Source of the DNA: an uncultured Actinomycetota bacterium
Lineage (GTDB): Bacteria; Actinomycetota; Actinomycetes; Actinomycetales; Microbacteriaceae
Length of the DNA stretch: 64,000 nucleotides
Reading direction: 5' to 3'
Assembly (NCBI GenBank): GCA_963824885.1
Contig: CAWGQN010000001.1
Location: 143,482-207,481 of the forward strand
Under the pieces are notes generated by a model. That model was not told the origin of the DNA. It searched no databases and worked only from the letters and a program-made list of their open reading frames with translations. Positions 37,567 through 51,519 of this stretch are shown in pieces. How positions within the stretch are numbered: position 1 is the first letter of the stretch; every line of letters begins with the position of its first letter. Made by a program: the position numbers and the translations under genes.

Positions 37567-39086
37567 GATGAGATGTGCTCGGAAAACCGGGTGAGCCGAG
37601 CAATCGTCGACCGCTTGCCAAGAACTTGCAACGATTCGAAAAGCGGAGGTGAAATGCGGCGACCCGACACAGCGACCCGAACGACGCCGAAGGCCACTCG
37701 CGGTTTAAGACCGCGTTCGTGCACAAGGCTCGCCTCCAGCGCGGAACGGATTTGATCGTGCGTCCACTCCTCGATCCCGATGGCGTCGAGCGAGGCGATT
37801 GCCGCGGTCGCGACCTCTCCCGCCCTTTCGTTCAAACCCGCCAGCGCGTCTGCCCGGAACTCGAACTCATCGTCATCGGAAAAAAATGGCGCCACGAGCT
37901 CGGGAACCTCGCCGAGCAACGCGATTCGCTCCTGAACAAGAGGGGCCAACTCAAAAATCGTCGAGCGTTCGGCACGCGTTGGCGGATCGGCCACGATTCC
38001 GTTGGCCACGAGATACGGGATCGTGCGCTGCGCGAAATCCATGACGTCAAGGTTTCGAATATGGTCGCCGTTAATTGATTCGGCCTTGGTCAGATCGAAT
38101 CGCGCCGGGTTGGGATTGACATCGACGACATCAAACGCCGAAACGAGTTCGTCAACGCTGAACACATCGCGATCATGAGTGAGCGACCACCCTAAGAGCG
38201 CCAAATAGTTGACGAGTCCCTCGGGGATGAAACCGCGGTCGCGGTGGACAAAGACGTTGGATTCGGGTTGGCGCTTCGAGAGCTTGGTATTGCCCGCTCC
38301 GAGCACGGTGGGAAGATGCCCAAATCGAGGAACCCACTCGGCAATACCGACGTCAATCAAAGCGTGGTACAGCGCAATTTGTCTCGGAGTACTCGACAGC
38401 AGGTCGTCGCCGCGAAGAACGTGCGTCACACGCATGAGGGCGTCGTCGACGGGATTGACAAGCGTATACAGGGGATCGCCGGACGGGCGAACCACGACGA
38501 AATCGCTCGACGACCCCGATGGAAAGGTAATAGGCCCTCGCACGAGGTCGTCGAAAGATCGCTCTTCGTCGGGCACGCGCAATCGAAGGGCGGGCACGCG
38601 CCCGAGCGCTCGAAACGCGCTGCGCTGCGAATCAGTGAGGTCTCGATCAAAATTGTCATAACCGCGCTTCGGGTCGAGACCCCGCGCCCGATTTCGACTC
38701 TCGATTTCGTCTGCCGTCGAAAAACTCTCATACACGTGACCCGACGCCACGAGCGTGCCGACGACGTCACGGTAAATGTCGCTCCGTTGCGATTGGCGAT
38801 AGGGCGCGTCTGGTCCACCCACCTCAACACCCTCGTCCCAATCGAGGTGGAGCCACCTTAACGCGTCGACGAGCTGTGCGTAGCTTTCGTCGCTATCGCG
38901 AGCCGCATCGGTGTCTTCGATTCGGACGATAAACGTGCCACGGTTGTGCCGCGCATACGCCCAGTTGAACAGCGCCGTGCGGATGAGACCGACGTGCGGG
39001 GTGCCGGTGGGCGACGGGCAAAACCGCACTCGCACGTCGGGGCCGGTCGCCGTCGACACCGGATAAGACGAGACTTCGCGGCTCAT
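37563..39086 (-). CDS. gltX: glutamate--tRNA ligase
   Basis: Class I motifs [19 protein letters not shown] (HIGH-type) and KLSKR (KMSKS-type). Confidence 0.95.
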   Translation of the reverse strand: MSREVSSYPVSTATGPDVRVRFCPSPTGTPHVGLIRTALFNWAYARHNRGTFIVRIEDTDAARDSDESYAQLVDALRWLHLDWDEGVEVGGPDAPYRQSQRSDIYRDVVGTLVASGHVYESFSTADEIESRNRARGLDPKRGYDNFDRDLTDSQRSAFRALGRVPALRLRVPDEERSFDDLVRGPITFPSGSSSDFVVVRPSGDPLYTLVNPVDDALMRVTHVLRGDDLLSSTPRQIALYHALIDVGIAEWVPRFGHLPTVLGAGNTKLSKRQPESNVFVHRDRGFIPEGLVNYLALLGWSLTHDRDVFSVDELVSAFDVVDVNPNPARFDLTKAESINGDHIRNLDVMDFAQRTIPYLVANGIVADPPTRAERSTIFELAPLVQERIALLGEVPELVAPFFSDDDEFEFRADALAGLNERAGEVATAAIASLDAIGIEEWTHDQIRSALEASLVHERGLKPRVAFGVVRVAVSGRRISPPLFESLQVLGKRSTIARLTRFSEHISS

Positions 39087-39856
39087 CAGCGTGCCACCAC
39101 CGGATTGACGAGCGTTCCAATGCCGCGAATGTCAATCGCAACCGAGTCTCCGTTGTGAATCGGGCCGATTCCAGACGGCGTACCCGTGAGAATCAGATCG
39201 CCCGGAAGAAGCGTAAAGACTCGTGACGCAAACGCAATGATTTCTGGGATGCCGTGAACCATGTCGCCCGTATTGGCGCTTTGCCGCACGGTTCCGTTCA
39301 CGCGGGTCTCGAGATCAAGGTCGCTCCACGCGAGCTCCGTTTCAATCACGGGGCCGATTGGGCAAAATGTGTCGTACCCTTTTGCGCGCGTCCACTGTCC
39401 CTCGTCGCGTTGGATGTCGCGGGCCGTGACATCGTTGGCAATCGTCAAGCCAAATATCACGTCGGCGACGTCGTCCGCGCGCACGTTGCGAGCGACGCTG
39501 CCAATCACGACCGCGAGCTCGCCCTCGTGATCAACGCGCTCGCTCTCGCGGGGCAAGACGATTTCGTCGCCGGGACCGATGATAGACGTGTTCGGTTTGA
39601 GAAAGAGAATCGGAGATTCTGGGGGGTGCTCTCCCATCTCCGCGGCATGGTCGGAAAAGTTTTTACCGACGCCGATAATCTTCGAGCGCGGAATAACGGG
39701 TGCCAAGAGCTTCACATCGTCGACGGGCACGCGCTCGGCCGTCGAATCGAAACCACCGAAAACCGGATCCCCGTTCACGACAACAAACTCGTCAGACTCT
39801 TCATCGAGAATTCCAAAGGAAATTGTAGTTTCGTGGCGAAACCGGGCAACCTTCAC
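39086..39856 (-). CDS. fumarylacetoacetate hydrolase (FAH) family protein
   Basis: [11 protein letters not shown]...ANDVTARD...[11 protein letters not shown] motifs. The ORF is trimmed to the GTG (VKVARF) that abuts the ilvE stop. Confidence 0.85.
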   Translation of the reverse strand: MKVARFRHETTISFGILDEESDEFVVVNGDPVFGGFDSTAERVPVDDVKLLAPVIPRSKIIGVGKNFSDHAAEMGEHPPESPILFLKPNTSIIGPGDEIVLPRESERVDHEGELAVVIGSVARNVRADDVADVIFGLTIANDVTARDIQRDEGQWTRAKGYDTFCPIGPVIETELAWSDLDLETRVNGTVRQSANTGDMVHGIPEIIAFASRVFTLLPGDLILTGTPSGIGPIHNGDSVAIDIRGIGTLVNPVVAR

Positions 39857-40974
39857 GAGTCGACCCTCATGAGCCAGCCGTGGCGATCCGGTGTGCGCCC
39901 GTATTGAATGTCGGTGAGGTCGCGGCGCAGTGCTAACGTGACGTCTCCCGACGGTGAATTTTCGTCGCCCACGACCCACTCCGTCGAACGCAATTGAGAA
40001 ATCGGCGTGATACCCGCGGCCGTGCCACACGCAAACACCTCGGTAATGTCACCCGAGGCCACACCGTCGCGCCACTCGTCGATGAGAAATGGCCGCTGCT
40101 CAACAGGGAACCCGCGATCACGCGCGAGCTGAATGACCGAATCCTTCGTGATGCCCTCGAGAATGTTCTCGGACGCGGGAGTGACGAGCGCGCCACTCTT
40201 GTAGACAAAGAAGACGTTCATGCCGCCACATTCTTCGACGTAGCGTCCCTCGGCCGCGTCGAGAAACACGACTTGATCGCTCCCGTGCTCGTGCCCGTGC
40301 GATTGAGGCAAGAGTGAGGCGGCATAGTTTCCTCCCGCCTTGACCGACCCCATGCCGCCCTTGCCCGCTCGCGAGAACTCCGTTGATAGCCAAATTGTGA
40401 CGGGCTTCACTCCGTCGGCGAAGTACGGACCCGCGGGGCTCGCAATGACGTAGTAGTCAAATTTTCTCGCCGAGCGCACCCCCAGATACGCCTCGCTCGC
40501 GAAGAGAAACGGTCGAATATAGAGACTCGTTTCTCGAGCGGACGGCACCCAGCTCGCGTCCACGGCAACCAACCGGCGGATCGACTCGATAAAATCGTCA
40601 ATCGCAAGCTCGGGCATTGCCAAGCGGCGCGCCGACAATTGGAACCGCGCTGCGTTTGCTCGGGGCCGGAAGACCCGTATCGAGCCGTCTGCGTGCCGAA
40701 ACGCTTTGAGGCCCTCAAAAATCGTTTGGGCGTAGTGGAACACCGCGGCGGCCGGATCGAGCACGACGGGCCGATACGGCTCTACCGACGCATTGTGCCA
40801 GCCCGCGTCTGTCGTCCACGAGATGCGCACGAGGTGATCGGTAAAGGACGTGCCGAACCCGGGGTTGGCAAGGATCGCTTCTCGCTCACTGTGGTCCCGT
40901 TGAAACGACGACGGGATCACGGTAAATGCGAGCGGGCACGATGATCGCTCGCGCGTCGGTGGTGTCATGCGCAA
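39853..40974 (-). CDS. ilvE: branched-chain amino acid aminotransferase
   Basis: Class IV aminotransferase features: FEGLKAF, the catalytic-Lys region KAGGNYAASL and EECGGMNVFFV. Confidence 0.93.
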   Translation of the reverse strand: MRMTPPTRERSSCPLAFTVIPSSFQRDHSEREAILANPGFGTSFTDHLVRISWTTDAGWHNASVEPYRPVVLDPAAAVFHYAQTIFEGLKAFRHADGSIRVFRPRANAARFQLSARRLAMPELAIDDFIESIRRLVAVDASWVPSARETSLYIRPFLFASEAYLGVRSARKFDYYVIASPAGPYFADGVKPVTIWLSTEFSRAGKGGMGSVKAGGNYAASLLPQSHGHEHGSDQVVFLDAAEGRYVEECGGMNVFFVYKSGALVTPASENILEGITKDSVIQLARDRGFPVEQRPFLIDEWRDGVASGDITEVFACGTAAGITPISQLRSTEWVVGDENSPSGDVTLALRRDLTDIQYGRTPDRHGWLMRVDS

Positions 40975-41022
40975 TTCCTGTCTGGAACAAAACCTGTCTC
41001 CTGGATGGTAACGCTCCGCGCG

Positions 41023-42075
41023 TCACACGTGCGAAATAATCGCGTTGCCAATCTCTCTCGTGGTTCGCGACCCGCGGTCGCCTCTCGTCGCCAGATCGGC
41101 TTTCACGGCACTCGTCACGTGATCGGCCGCATTGCTCATGCCGAGGTGATTGAGAAGGAGCGCGACCGAGAGAATCGCCGCGGTCGGGTCGGCCCGCTGT
41201 TGACCGGCAATATCGGGAGCCGAACCGTGAACGGGCTCGAACATACTGGGAAAAGCACCGTCCGGATTGATATTCGCCGACGCCGCGAGCCCGATTCCCC
41301 CGCAAATCGCGGCGGCCAAATCGGTCACGATGTCGCCGAAAAGATTGTCGGTAACAATGACGTCGAACGCGCTCGGATTCGTCACCATCGCAATTGTTGC
41401 CGCGTCAACGTGAAAATAGTCGACCTCGACGTCGGCGAACTCGCTCGCGACCGCCTCGACTGTCCGGCGCCACAGGCTTCCCGCGAAGGTGAGAACGTTT
41501 GTCTTGTGCACGAGGGTGAGTTTCTTCCTCGGTCGAGCTGCTGCGCGCGCAAATGCGAATCGAACCACGCGTTCAACGCCAAATGCCGTGTTGATCGACA
41601 CCTCGCTCGCGACTTCTGCCGATGTATCGCGGCGCAATATTCCCCCGTTACTGATGTAGGACCCCTCGGTCGCCTCTCGAATAATCACGAAGTCAATCTC
41701 ACCCGGCGCCGCGAGCGGACTCGCGACCGAGGGATACAGCACCGCGGGCCGCACGTTCGCGTACTGGTCAAACGCAAAACGCAAGCGAAGCAACAGGCCG
41801 CGCTCAATGATCCCGTCGGCGAGTCGAGGGTCGCGCGGATCGCCGCCGACCGCCCCGAGCAAAATCGCGTCGTGGGTGCGCAGTGACTCGAGATCGTCGT
41901 CGGGAAGAACGTCGCCCGTCTCCCGGTACCGGTCCGCCCCGAGGGAAAAATGGGTCATCGCAACGCGCGTGTCGTTCGCACGCGTGACCGCCTCGAGAAC
42001 CGCGAGCGCTTGATCGACGACCTCGGGACCGATTCCATCACCGGGAATGACTGCGAGATTAATCTGTCGCGACAC
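41023..42075 (-). CDS. leuB: 3-isopropylmalate dehydrogenase
   Basis: [12 protein letters not shown] and the [12 protein letters not shown] signature. Confidence 0.95.
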   Translation of the reverse strand: MSRQINLAVIPGDGIGPEVVDQALAVLEAVTRANDTRVAMTHFSLGADRYRETGDVLPDDDLESLRTHDAILLGAVGGDPRDPRLADGIIERGLLLRLRFAFDQYANVRPAVLYPSVASPLAAPGEIDFVIIREATEGSYISNGGILRRDTSAEVASEVSINTAFGVERVVRFAFARAAARPRKKLTLVHKTNVLTFAGSLWRRTVEAVASEFADVEVDYFHVDAATIAMVTNPSAFDVIVTDNLFGDIVTDLAAAICGGIGLAASANINPDGAFPSMFEPVHGSAPDIAGQQRADPTAAILSVALLLNHLGMSNAADHVTSAVKADLATRGDRGSRTTREIGNAIISHV

Positions 42076-42087
42076 GCTGTACTCCGT

Positions 42088-43689
42088 TTAACTGTCAGAA
42101 ATATCAATCGCGCTGACGACATCCGCGCGAATTGCGGTTCGCAGCGACTCGAGCAACTCCCCCGACGCGGGTGAATCAATCGTGAGCACGGTCAGCGCCT
42201 TGCCCCCGGCTTCGTGCCGAGCGACTTGCATGCCGGCAATGTTAATATCGGCCTCGCCAAACTTCTGACCGTATACGGCAACAATCCCGGGACGATCCTC
42301 GTACACCAAAACGACGAGGTGACTCGCGAAGGGCACTTCGAGGTCATAACCGTTAATTCCGACGATCTTTTCGATCCCACTCGAGCCGGTGAGCGTTCCC
42401 GCAACGGAAATTTGCCGGCCATTTGCGAGTGACCCGCGAAGGGTGACGACACTTCGATGGTCTTCAGAAACGCGGTCAACGACGAGACGCACGTCAACGT
42501 CGCGCTGTTCGGCGACGAGTGGAGCGTTGACGTACGAGACCGTGTCGGTAACCACGTGAGCAAAGACCCCTTTGAGTGCGGCGAGCTTGAGAACGCTCAC
42601 GTCGAATTCGGCCAGCTCGCCCCGAACCTCGATGTCAAGACTCGTCAACGGACCGTCCGCGAGACCAGAAAAAACGCGACCAAGCTTCTCGGCGAGCGGA
42701 ATCGCCGGTCGAACCGACGAATCGATTATTCCGCCAGCGACGTTGACGGCGTCGGGAACCACTTCGCCCGCAAGCGCGAGTCGAACAGACCGGGCAACAG
42801 CAACACCGGCCTTTTCTTGCGCTTCGACGGTCGAGGCACCGAGGTGCGGAGTAACGATCACGTTGTCACAATCAAAGAACGGCATGTGCGCGCTCGGCTC
42901 GGTCTCGAATACGTCAATCCCCGCGCCCGCAATCGTGCCATTGCGAAGCGCGCGGTCGAGCGCGTCCTCATCGATGAGACCGCCTCGAGCGACATTAATG
43001 ACGACTGCGGAGTTCTTCATCGTCGCGAATGCGGCATCGCCAATGAGGCCCACGGTTTCAGGAGTCTTGGGCACGTGGATCGTAATGAAGTCGCTGCGCC
43101 GCAAGAGATCGTCGAACGTCACGCATTCGACACCGAGTTGAGACGCGCGCGCGGCCGTAACATACGGATCGAACGTGATAATTGCGACGTCAAACGGGTG
43201 AAGACGGGCCGCGACAAGCTGGCCAATTCGTCCGAAACCGACAATGCCGACGGTCTTGCCGTGGATTTCGGTGCCGGTAAACGCGGAGCGCCGCCACTCG
43301 CCCGCCTTGAGCGACGCGGTTGCGCGAGGAATATGCCGGGCAAGACTGAGCATGTGTCCTATTGTCAGCTCGGCGGCCGAGATGACATTCGACGTGGGCG
43401 CGTTCACGACCATGACTCCGGCCACGGTGGCCGCCTTGATGTCGACGTTGTCGAGGCCAACGCCCGCACGAGCGATAACCCGAAGTCGTGTGGCCGCGGC
43501 GATCACCTCGGCATCGATCCGCGTGGCAGACCGAATCAAGACCGCATCGACATCGGCGATCGCGGCCAGGAGTGCCGCCCTGTCGGTGCCATCGACCGCG
43601 CGAATCGTGAAGTCGGGGCCGAGTGCCTCGACGGTCGCCGGCGAGAGTTCTTCGGCAACGAGAACGACCGGTTTGTGCACGGGGTACAC
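42088..43689 (-). CDS. serA: D-3-phosphoglycerate dehydrogenase (long form with ASB/ACT domains)
   Basis: GIVGFGRIGQLVA NAD motif, 533 aa and a C-terminal ACT-like domain. Confidence 0.94.
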   Translation of the reverse strand: MYPVHKPVVLVAEELSPATVEALGPDFTIRAVDGTDRAALLAAIADVDAVLIRSATRIDAEVIAAATRLRVIARAGVGLDNVDIKAATVAGVMVVNAPTSNVISAAELTIGHMLSLARHIPRATASLKAGEWRRSAFTGTEIHGKTVGIVGFGRIGQLVAARLHPFDVAIITFDPYVTAARASQLGVECVTFDDLLRRSDFITIHVPKTPETVGLIGDAAFATMKNSAVVINVARGGLIDEDALDRALRNGTIAGAGIDVFETEPSAHMPFFDCDNVIVTPHLGASTVEAQEKAGVAVARSVRLALAGEVVPDAVNVAGGIIDSSVRPAIPLAEKLGRVFSGLADGPLTSLDIEVRGELAEFDVSVLKLAALKGVFAHVVTDTVSYVNAPLVAEQRDVDVRLVVDRVSEDHRSVVTLRGSLANGRQISVAGTLTGSSGIEKIVGINGYDLEVPFASHLVVLVYEDRPGIVAVYGQKFGEADINIAGMQVARHEAGGKALTVLTIDSPASGELLESLRTAIRADVVSAIDISDS

Positions 43690-43815
43690 CCTTCAAATTG
43701 GGGCGGTGAGGGGGGAGGTGACCCGCGACACGAGTGCGCGGGCACCTCAACTTTAGTCGAGTTCGGCGAAGCGTCTCACCGGTCTCACGCGGCACGGGTG
43801 CCGAAACAGCGGCCG

Positions 43816-44916
<1,101 letters not shown>

Positions 44917-45426
44917 CTAGGCCTTGAGGGCACGCTCGGAAACTGATCGTGGACCGCGACCCAGAGCAAGAAGGCCCGATTGGGCCAACTCGCGAATCCC
45001 AAAGGGTTCGAGAACTTGCAAGAAGGCGCGCGTCTTTTCAGAATCACCCGTGATCTCAATGATGAGGGCTTCAGACGACACATCGACCACCTTGGCACGA
45101 AAAAGCGCGGCCACCTCAAGAATGTGGGATCGGGTCGCGTTGTCGGCTCGCACCTTAACGAGCAGGTGTTCGCGGTGAACCGTGTGACGCGAGTCAAGTT
45201 CGACGACCTTAATAACGTTTATGAGCTTGTTGAGCTGTTTTGTCACTTGCTCGAGAGGCAGCTTGTCGACGTCGACAACAATCGTCATGCGCGACAGATC
45301 CGCAATTTCGCTACCTCCCACCGCGAGCGACTCAATGTTAAAGCCGCGCCGAGCAAAAAGCCCCGCCACGCGGGTCAACAGGCCGGGCTTGTCTTCAACG
45401 AGGAGACTCAGAATATGCGTTGTCAT
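44917..45426 (-). CDS. ilvN: acetolactate synthase small subunit
   Basis: HILSLLVEDKPGLLTRVAGLFARRGFNIESL ACT domain, positioned between ilvB and ilvC. Confidence 0.94.
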   Translation of the reverse strand: MTTHILSLLVEDKPGLLTRVAGLFARRGFNIESLAVGGSEIADLSRMTIVVDVDKLPLEQVTKQLNKLINVIKVVELDSRHTVHREHLLVKVRADNATRSHILEVAALFRAKVVDVSSEALIIEITGDSEKTRAFLQVLEPFGIRELAQSGLLALGRGPRSVSERALKA

Positions 45427-45429
45427 AAC

Positions 45430-47274
45430 TCACTCCCCTTCCCATTCGGGCACGTGATCAAGCGCGTGTTGCACGGCACTGTTACTGAGGCCCTGGGGGA
45501 CCATCGGCCACACCATCGAATCGCGACTCACGACAAAGTCGATGACGACGGGTCGATCATTCGTCTCGAGCGCTCGACGGATCGCAGCGTCGACGTCCTC
45601 GAGTTGTGTGACTCGAATACCGAGGGCACCGTAGGCTTCTGCAAGCGTGACAAAATCGGGAATCATTTGGGTTTCATGCCCCGTATTGAGACTCGTAAAC
45701 GAGTGCCTGCCCTCGTAGAAAAGGGTCTGCCACTGGCGAACCATTCCCAACGACGAATTGTTAATGATCGCGACCTTAATCGGGATGTTGTTGATAGTGC
45801 ACGTCGCGAGCTCTTGATTCGTCATTTGAAAACTCCCGTCGCCGTCAATCGCCCACACGACTCGGTCCGGTTCGGCAACCTTCGCTCCCATCGCGGCGGG
45901 GACCGCATAACCCATCGTGCCGGCACCGCCCGAGTTCAGCCAGGAATTGGGGCGCTCATAGCGGATGAACTGCGCGGCCCACATTTGATGTTGGCCGACG
46001 CCCGACGTAAATATTCCCTCGGGACCGGTGAGCGAACCAATTCGCGAAATGACCTCTTGCGGAGCCATGAGCCCGTCGGTCGTCGGCGAATAACCCAGCG
46101 GAAACTTCTTTTTCAACCCGTGCAAATACGTCCACCACTCGGCCACGTCAAGCGGCGCTCGGTTCGTGAGCGCGCAAAACGCATCCGTGAGTCCGAGTAG
46201 TGCTTCTTTCGCATCCGCGACAATCGGAACGTCGGCCGCGCGAATCTTCGAAATTTCCGCGGGATCGATGTCGACGTGCACGATTGTGGCGTTGGGTGCG
46301 AAATGAGCGACCTTGCCCGTGACTCGGTCGTCGAATCGAGCACCAAGCGCGACAATGAGATCGGACTCTTGCAAGCTCAGCACTGCGGGAACCGAGCCGT
46401 GCATGCCCGGCATCCCGAGGTGCAGCGGATGAGAGTCGGGAAATGCTCCGCGTGCCATGAGCGTCGTGACAACCGGAGCACCAACCGCCTCGGCGAAGAC
46501 CGCCAGTTCAGCCGACGCTCGCGCCCGAATTACACCACCCCCGACGTAGAGGACGGGTTTCGACGAACCCGCGAGAAGGCGCGCCGCTGCGAGAATCTTC
46601 GCGTTGTTCGCTTTCGCGACGGGACGATAGCCCGGGAGGTTTAGTGTCGTTGGCCACACAAACGGCGCAGAATCCTGTTGCGCGTCTTTCGTGACATCGA
46701 CCAAGACCGGACCCGGACGCCCGGTCGACGCAATGTGGTGAGCGGCCGCGAGCGTCATGGGCACATCGTCCGGCTTCGTCACGAGGATAGAGTGCTTCGT
46801 GATCGGCATGGTTATCCCGACAATGTCAGCCTCTTGAAACGCATCGGTCCCCATGAGAGTCGAAAACACTTGGCCGGTGATGACAACAATTGGCACCGAG
46901 TCCATGTAGGCATCCGCAATTGCGGTCACGAGATTGGTCGCGCCGGGACCCGACGTCGCAATCGCAACGCCCACACGCCCGCTCGCCGCGGCGTATCCCT
47001 CTGCCGCGTGCCCCGCACCCTGTTCATGACGCACGAGAACGTGGCGTATCGTCTTCGACGCCATGAGTTCGTCATAGAAGGGAATGATCGCGCCGCCCGG
47101 GAGTCCAAAAACGTCGGTCACTCCGAGAATTTCGAGCGACCGGAGAATCGCTCCCGATCCCGTCAGAACGTCGCCGGAACCCGATTCAGTCGTCGCACCC
47201 GATTCGGCGTGCGGCGGGCGGCGCCGCACGGGCGCGCGCTGCGCGTTTGCGGCGGAAGAGGATTCGCTGGGCAT
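45430..47274 (-). CDS. ilvB: acetolactate synthase large subunit
   Basis: ThDP enzyme motifs, including [17 protein letters not shown] and the GDGSFQM region. The ORF is trimmed to MPSESSS. Confidence 0.94.
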   Translation of the reverse strand: MPSESSSAANAQRAPVRRRPPHAESGATTESGSGDVLTGSGAILRSLEILGVTDVFGLPGGAIIPFYDELMASKTIRHVLVRHEQGAGHAAEGYAAASGRVGVAIATSGPGATNLVTAIADAYMDSVPIVVITGQVFSTLMGTDAFQEADIVGITMPITKHSILVTKPDDVPMTLAAAHHIASTGRPGPVLVDVTKDAQQDSAPFVWPTTLNLPGYRPVAKANNAKILAAARLLAGSSKPVLYVGGGVIRARASAELAVFAEAVGAPVVTTLMARGAFPDSHPLHLGMPGMHGSVPAVLSLQESDLIVALGARFDDRVTGKVAHFAPNATIVHVDIDPAEISKIRAADVPIVADAKEALLGLTDAFCALTNRAPLDVAEWWTYLHGLKKKFPLGYSPTTDGLMAPQEVISRIGSLTGPEGIFTSGVGQHQMWAAQFIRYERPNSWLNSGGAGTMGYAVPAAMGAKVAEPDRVVWAIDGDGSFQMTNQELATCTINNIPIKVAIINNSSLGMVRQWQTLFYEGRHSFTSLNTGHETQMIPDFVTLAEAYGALGIRVTQLEDVDAAIRRALETNDRPVVIDFVVSRDSMVWPMVPQGLSNSAVQHALDHVPEWEGE

Positions 47275-47336
47275 GGAGCTGGTCCCTTCGAGTGAGACTG
47301 GTGATTGAGGTCGATTGTCTCGCAAAGCACGTCGCG

Positions 47337-49031
47337 CTATCCCGTGATTGCACCCTCGGCGGCAGACCGAACGAGCGTGACGTATTTTGCGAGAACACCG
47401 CGCGTGTAGCGCGGTGGGGGCGGAACCCACTGCACGCGGCGAGTTGACAGCGTGGCCTCATCGACGAGTAAATCGATCACTCGAGCCGCGATGTCGACTC
47501 GAATACGATCACCGTCGCGTACGAGCCCAATGGGTCCCCCATCAACCGCCTCCGGTGCAATGTGGCCGATGCACAAGCCGGTTGTTCCGCCTGAGAATCG
47601 CCCGTCGGTCAACAGTAGTACATCGCGCCCCAATCCCGCGCCTTTAATTGCGGCGGTAATCGCGAGCATTTCGCGCATACCGGGGCCACCCTTCGGACCC
47701 TCGAAACGGATAATGACCGCATCGCCGGGTGCGATCACGCCGGCCGTCAACGCGTCCATCGCGGCTCGTTCGCCCTCGAATACGCGCGCGGGTCCTTCAA
47801 AACCGTCGGCATCGAATCCCGCGGTTTTGACGACCGCACCCTCGGGTGCCAACGATCCCGTCACGATTGTCAGACCGCCCGTTGGGTGAATGGGGTCGTC
47901 AAGGCGACGAATGACCACGCCGTCGAGAGGTTCAATCGTCATGTCGGCGAAGTTTTGAGCGACTGTTTTGCCCGTGACGGTCAGGGCGTCACCGTCGATC
48001 AAACCCTCGTCCAAGAGTGCCTTCATGACGGTCGGGACGCCGCCGTGCCGGTCGACGTCGTTCATGACGAATTTCCCAAACGGCTTGAGGTCCCCAATGT
48101 GCGGGACGCGATCACCAATGCGATTGAAATCCGCGAGAGTCAGATCAACCTCTGCCTCGCGCGCGATTGCGAGCAAATGGAGCACGACGTTCGTCGAACC
48201 ACCGAGCGCCATCGCGACCGCAATAGCGTTCTCAAACGCCGACTTCGTCAAAATATCTCTCGTGGTGATGCCCCCGTTCAAGAGCGCGACGACGGCCTCT
48301 CCGCTTCGATGCGCGAAATAATCGCGGCGGCGATCAGCAGACGGCGGCGCCGCGGATCCCGGCAAACTCATTCCCAGCGCCTCGGCGACGCTCGCCATGG
48401 TGTTGGCGGTAAACATGCCCCCGCACGCACCCTCGCCCGGAGCAAAAGCGCACTCAATTCGCTTCGCGTCGCTCTCGCTCAAGCGACCCGATTTGACGGC
48501 ACCAACGGCCTCAAACGAGTCAATGATCGTGATGTCTTTTTCCGTCCCGTCGCTCAGCGTGACCCAGCCCGGAGCAATCGACCCGGCATAAAGAAAAATC
48601 GACGCGAGATCGAGACGCGCGGCCGCCATAAGCATCCCGGGAAGGCTCTTATCGCACCCCGCGAGGAGCACAGACCCGTCAAGCCGTTCGGCTTGCATGA
48701 CCGTCTCGACCGAGTCGGCAATCACCTCACGCGACACGAGAGAAAAATGCATTCCCTCGTGACCCATCGAGATTCCATCGGAAACCGAAATCGTGCCAAA
48801 TTGCAACGGATAACCGCCGCCCGAAAATACTCCCTCTTTCGACGCGCGCGCGAGACGATCAAGCGAGAGATTGCACGGGGTGATCTCGTTCCACGAGCTC
48901 GCGATTCCAATTTGAGGTTTGTCCCAATCGGCGTCGCCCATCCCCACGGCACGAAGCATTCCGCGCGACGTCGTCGCTTCGATCCCGTCGGTGACAACGC
49001 GACTGCGCGGTTTTGAGTCAATTCCCGGCAT
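47337..49031 (-). CDS. ilvD: dihydroxy-acid dehydratase
   Basis: [23 protein letters not shown] and TDGRFSGGT motifs. The ORF is trimmed to [11 protein letters not shown]. Confidence 0.95.
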   Translation of the reverse strand: MPGIDSKPRSRVVTDGIEATTSRGMLRAVGMGDADWDKPQIGIASSWNEITPCNLSLDRLARASKEGVFSGGGYPLQFGTISVSDGISMGHEGMHFSLVSREVIADSVETVMQAERLDGSVLLAGCDKSLPGMLMAAARLDLASIFLYAGSIAPGWVTLSDGTEKDITIIDSFEAVGAVKSGRLSESDAKRIECAFAPGEGACGGMFTANTMASVAEALGMSLPGSAAPPSADRRRDYFAHRSGEAVVALLNGGITTRDILTKSAFENAIAVAMALGGSTNVVLHLLAIAREAEVDLTLADFNRIGDRVPHIGDLKPFGKFVMNDVDRHGGVPTVMKALLDEGLIDGDALTVTGKTVAQNFADMTIEPLDGVVIRRLDDPIHPTGGLTIVTGSLAPEGAVVKTAGFDADGFEGPARVFEGERAAMDALTAGVIAPGDAVIIRFEGPKGGPGMREMLAITAAIKGAGLGRDVLLLTDGRFSGGTTGLCIGHIAPEAVDGGPIGLVRDGDRIRVDIAARVIDLLVDEATLSTRRVQWVPPPPRYTRGVLAKYVTLVRSAAEGAITG

Positions 49032-49066
49032 GAAAGCGAGTTTAGTCGCGACGTATGCGGAGTGTT

Positions 49067-49864
49067 TCACACGCGAAGGTCGGCAAGCACGTGCAACGCG
49101 CTTGCGACGAGCTCCGGCGTCGCAACTCGATACGTCGCGTTCGTCGCTCCCGGACCGCACTTCAACGACAAATCGCCGGGCCCGAGCACTGAAAATGCGT
49201 CTTCATCGGTCACGTCATCGCCGGCAAACAGGACGGCGGTCGCTCCCGTCAATTGGCGCAACCGCTTGATCGCGGTTCCCTTGGTTGTTCCGCGCACCGA
49301 AAATTCGACCACGTGTTTGCCGGACCGAATCGTGAGATCGGGAACCGCGGCGACCGCTTCTGCGCGTGATCGCGACGCCGCTTCGGTCGCGTGCTCGCTC
49401 GTAGCGACTCGCGTGTGAAGAGCAAAACCGACCGGCTTCACCTCGAGACGGACGCCCGCGTACTCGTTTGCGATGCGATCAAGCGCCGATCGAAGGGTCT
49501 CGAGCTTTGATTGCTCGTGGGCATCGAGCACGAGTCCCGTCTGACCGTCGTGATGAAACTCGACGCCGTGCGATCCAACGAGGAGCACCGCATCGGGAGC
49601 TTCCGAGACCGATGCGAGATTCGCAATCCCACGTCCCGAAACGAGCGCGACCGTCGTGAGGGGCGAATCGACAAGGCGCTTGATCGCGCTCACCGCCGAC
49701 GGGATCGGCCTCGCATCGAGCGGATCGTCCACTTCGCGCGCGAGCGTGCCATCGAAATCGAGCGCAACGAGGAGCGCGTCTGTCGCGGCAATACGTCTGA
49801 TCGCGGTTCGCAACGTCGCGCCCAGGCCCTCATCGTCGCGCTCGGTCACATCGACGTCTGTCAT
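49067..49864 (-). CDS. otsB: trehalose-phosphatase
   Basis: HAD motifs [11 protein letters not shown] and [11 protein letters not shown]; overlaps the stop of otsA. Confidence 0.88.
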   Translation of the reverse strand: MTDVDVTERDDEGLGATLRTAIRRIAATDALLVALDFDGTLAREVDDPLDARPIPSAVSAIKRLVDSPLTTVALVSGRGIANLASVSEAPDAVLLVGSHGVEFHHDGQTGLVLDAHEQSKLETLRSALDRIANEYAGVRLEVKPVGFALHTRVATSEHATEAASRSRAEAVAAVPDLTIRSGKHVVEFSVRGTTKGTAIKRLRQLTGATAVLFAGDDVTDEDAFSVLGPGDLSLKCGPGATNATYRVATPELVASALHVLADLRV

Positions 49865-51453
49865 GACGCACCAGCGACGGGATTATCGAATTCGTCGCCC
49901 GCACCTCGGCGCGCGGGATGGACACCCGACCCTTCGCCAAGAACCGAGCTTTGCACGAGGGTATCGAGAAATAGCGCTGACCACTTGGCAACATCGTTGT
50001 CAAACACTCGCTTCCGAAGGAGCCGCATTCGGCGGGATCGCTCGCGTTTCGGCATGGTAATTGCTCGCATCATTGCGTTTTTGAGGCCGGCAATGTCGTG
50101 CGGATTCACGAGCAACGCGTGACGGAGTTCGTCGGCCGCTCCAGCAAACTCGCTCAACACGAGCACGCCATTGTCGTCAAATCGCGTTGCAACGTATTCT
50201 TTCGCGACGAGATTCATCCCGTCTCGCAGTGCCGTCACCAACATCACGTCCGCGGCCAAGCACAGGGCGACCAACTCTTCGCGCGGGTAGCGATGGTGCA
50301 AATAACTGATTGCCGTGTGGCTAATCGACCCGTATTCACCGTTAATGCGCCCGACCGTCAATTCAATTTCGTCACGAAGCTGGCGGTACGCTTCGACGCG
50401 CTCGCGACTGGGACTCGCGACTTGAACGAGAGTCACGTCTTCGACCGCGAGCGAACCCTCGGCGAGCAACTCGCCGTACGCTTCAAGGCGATGACCAATA
50501 CCCTTTGTGTAGTCGAGGCGGTCGACACCCAGCATGATCGTTTCAGGATTGCCCAAGTCGTCGCGAATTTGCCGCGCTCGCGCTTGAACGCTCGGTTGTC
50601 GTGCGAGCTGATCGTAACTCAGAGAGTCAATTGAGATGGGAAATGCGCGCGCAATGACCGTTCGCACTATTTTGCCTCGACGCGACGTCGAAATGCGACT
50701 GGCCGCATTGTCGGGAGGAATATCGTCGGCGAACGGGACCTCGACGATGGGACCCTTCGTGTCGTATCCCTTGAGCCGCCGAACGGCTCGCGAAAAGTTT
50801 CCCGCGTCGGCGACGCGTTGAAAACCGATCACGTCGGCGCCGAGCAATCCGTCGATGATTTGCTCGCGCCACGGCAGTTGCGAGAAAATTCCGTACGGGG
50901 GGAACGGAATGTGGTCAAAGAAACCGATCACGAGGTCGGGCCGAAGACCCCGCAATATTCGCGGCACCAGTTGGAGCTGGTAATCCTGCACCCAAACAAC
51001 GGCTCCCGGTGCCGCGGTTCGCGCGGCGACGTCGGCGAACCGGCGGTTCACCTCGAGATAGGCTTCCCACCACTCGCGACGATAAATCGGGGGGGAAATG
51101 ACGTCGTGGTAGAGCGGCCACAGTGTTTCGTTGGAGAACCCCTCGTAGTATTCGGTGATTTCTTCCGCGCTGAGCGGGACGGGGATAATCCAAATTCCGT
51201 CGGCGTCGAACGCGGGAGCGTCGTCGTCTGGAACCCCCGTCCACCCGATCCACGCACCGTCGTTCGCTTTCATAACCGGCGCGAGCGCGGTCACGAGCCC
51301 CCCGGGGGACGACCGCCACGTCGCCAAGCGGTCCTCTTCGTCAGAAACTCGATCCACGGGGAGGCGATTCGACACGACGACGAGGCCAAAAGTGCCGTTT
51401 GCCGCACCCGCACGTGTGATGTCGTGGCTGGCGATAATTAGTCCGATCGTCAC
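49861..51453 (-). CDS. otsA: alpha,alpha-trehalose-phosphate synthase (GT20)
   Basis: VVVSNRLPV...GGLVTAL...WVQDYQL...[12 protein letters not shown] motifs. The start is uncertain: a GTG at 51453 was chosen because the full ORF would abut the divergent gene at 51520. Confidence 0.9.
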   Translation of the reverse strand: MTIGLIIASHDITRAGAANGTFGLVVVSNRLPVDRVSDEEDRLATWRSSPGGLVTALAPVMKANDGAWIGWTGVPDDDAPAFDADGIWIIPVPLSAEEITEYYEGFSNETLWPLYHDVISPPIYRREWWEAYLEVNRRFADVAARTAAPGAVVWVQDYQLQLVPRILRGLRPDLVIGFFDHIPFPPYGIFSQLPWREQIIDGLLGADVIGFQRVADAGNFSRAVRRLKGYDTKGPIVEVPFADDIPPDNAASRISTSRRGKIVRTVIARAFPISIDSLSYDQLARQPSVQARARQIRDDLGNPETIMLGVDRLDYTKGIGHRLEAYGELLAEGSLAVEDVTLVQVASPSRERVEAYRQLRDEIELTVGRINGEYGSISHTAISYLHHRYPREELVALCLAADVMLVTALRDGMNLVAKEYVATRFDDNGVLVLSEFAGAADELRHALLVNPHDIAGLKNAMMRAITMPKRERSRRMRLLRKRVFDNDVAKWSALFLDTLVQSSVLGEGSGVHPARRGAGDEFDNPVAGAS

Positions 51454-51519
51454 GGAGATGAAGTGCAACCCTCTCGAGTCGAGACTACCAGGAGCGGGGC
51501 CTGAGTAGACTGGGCACAA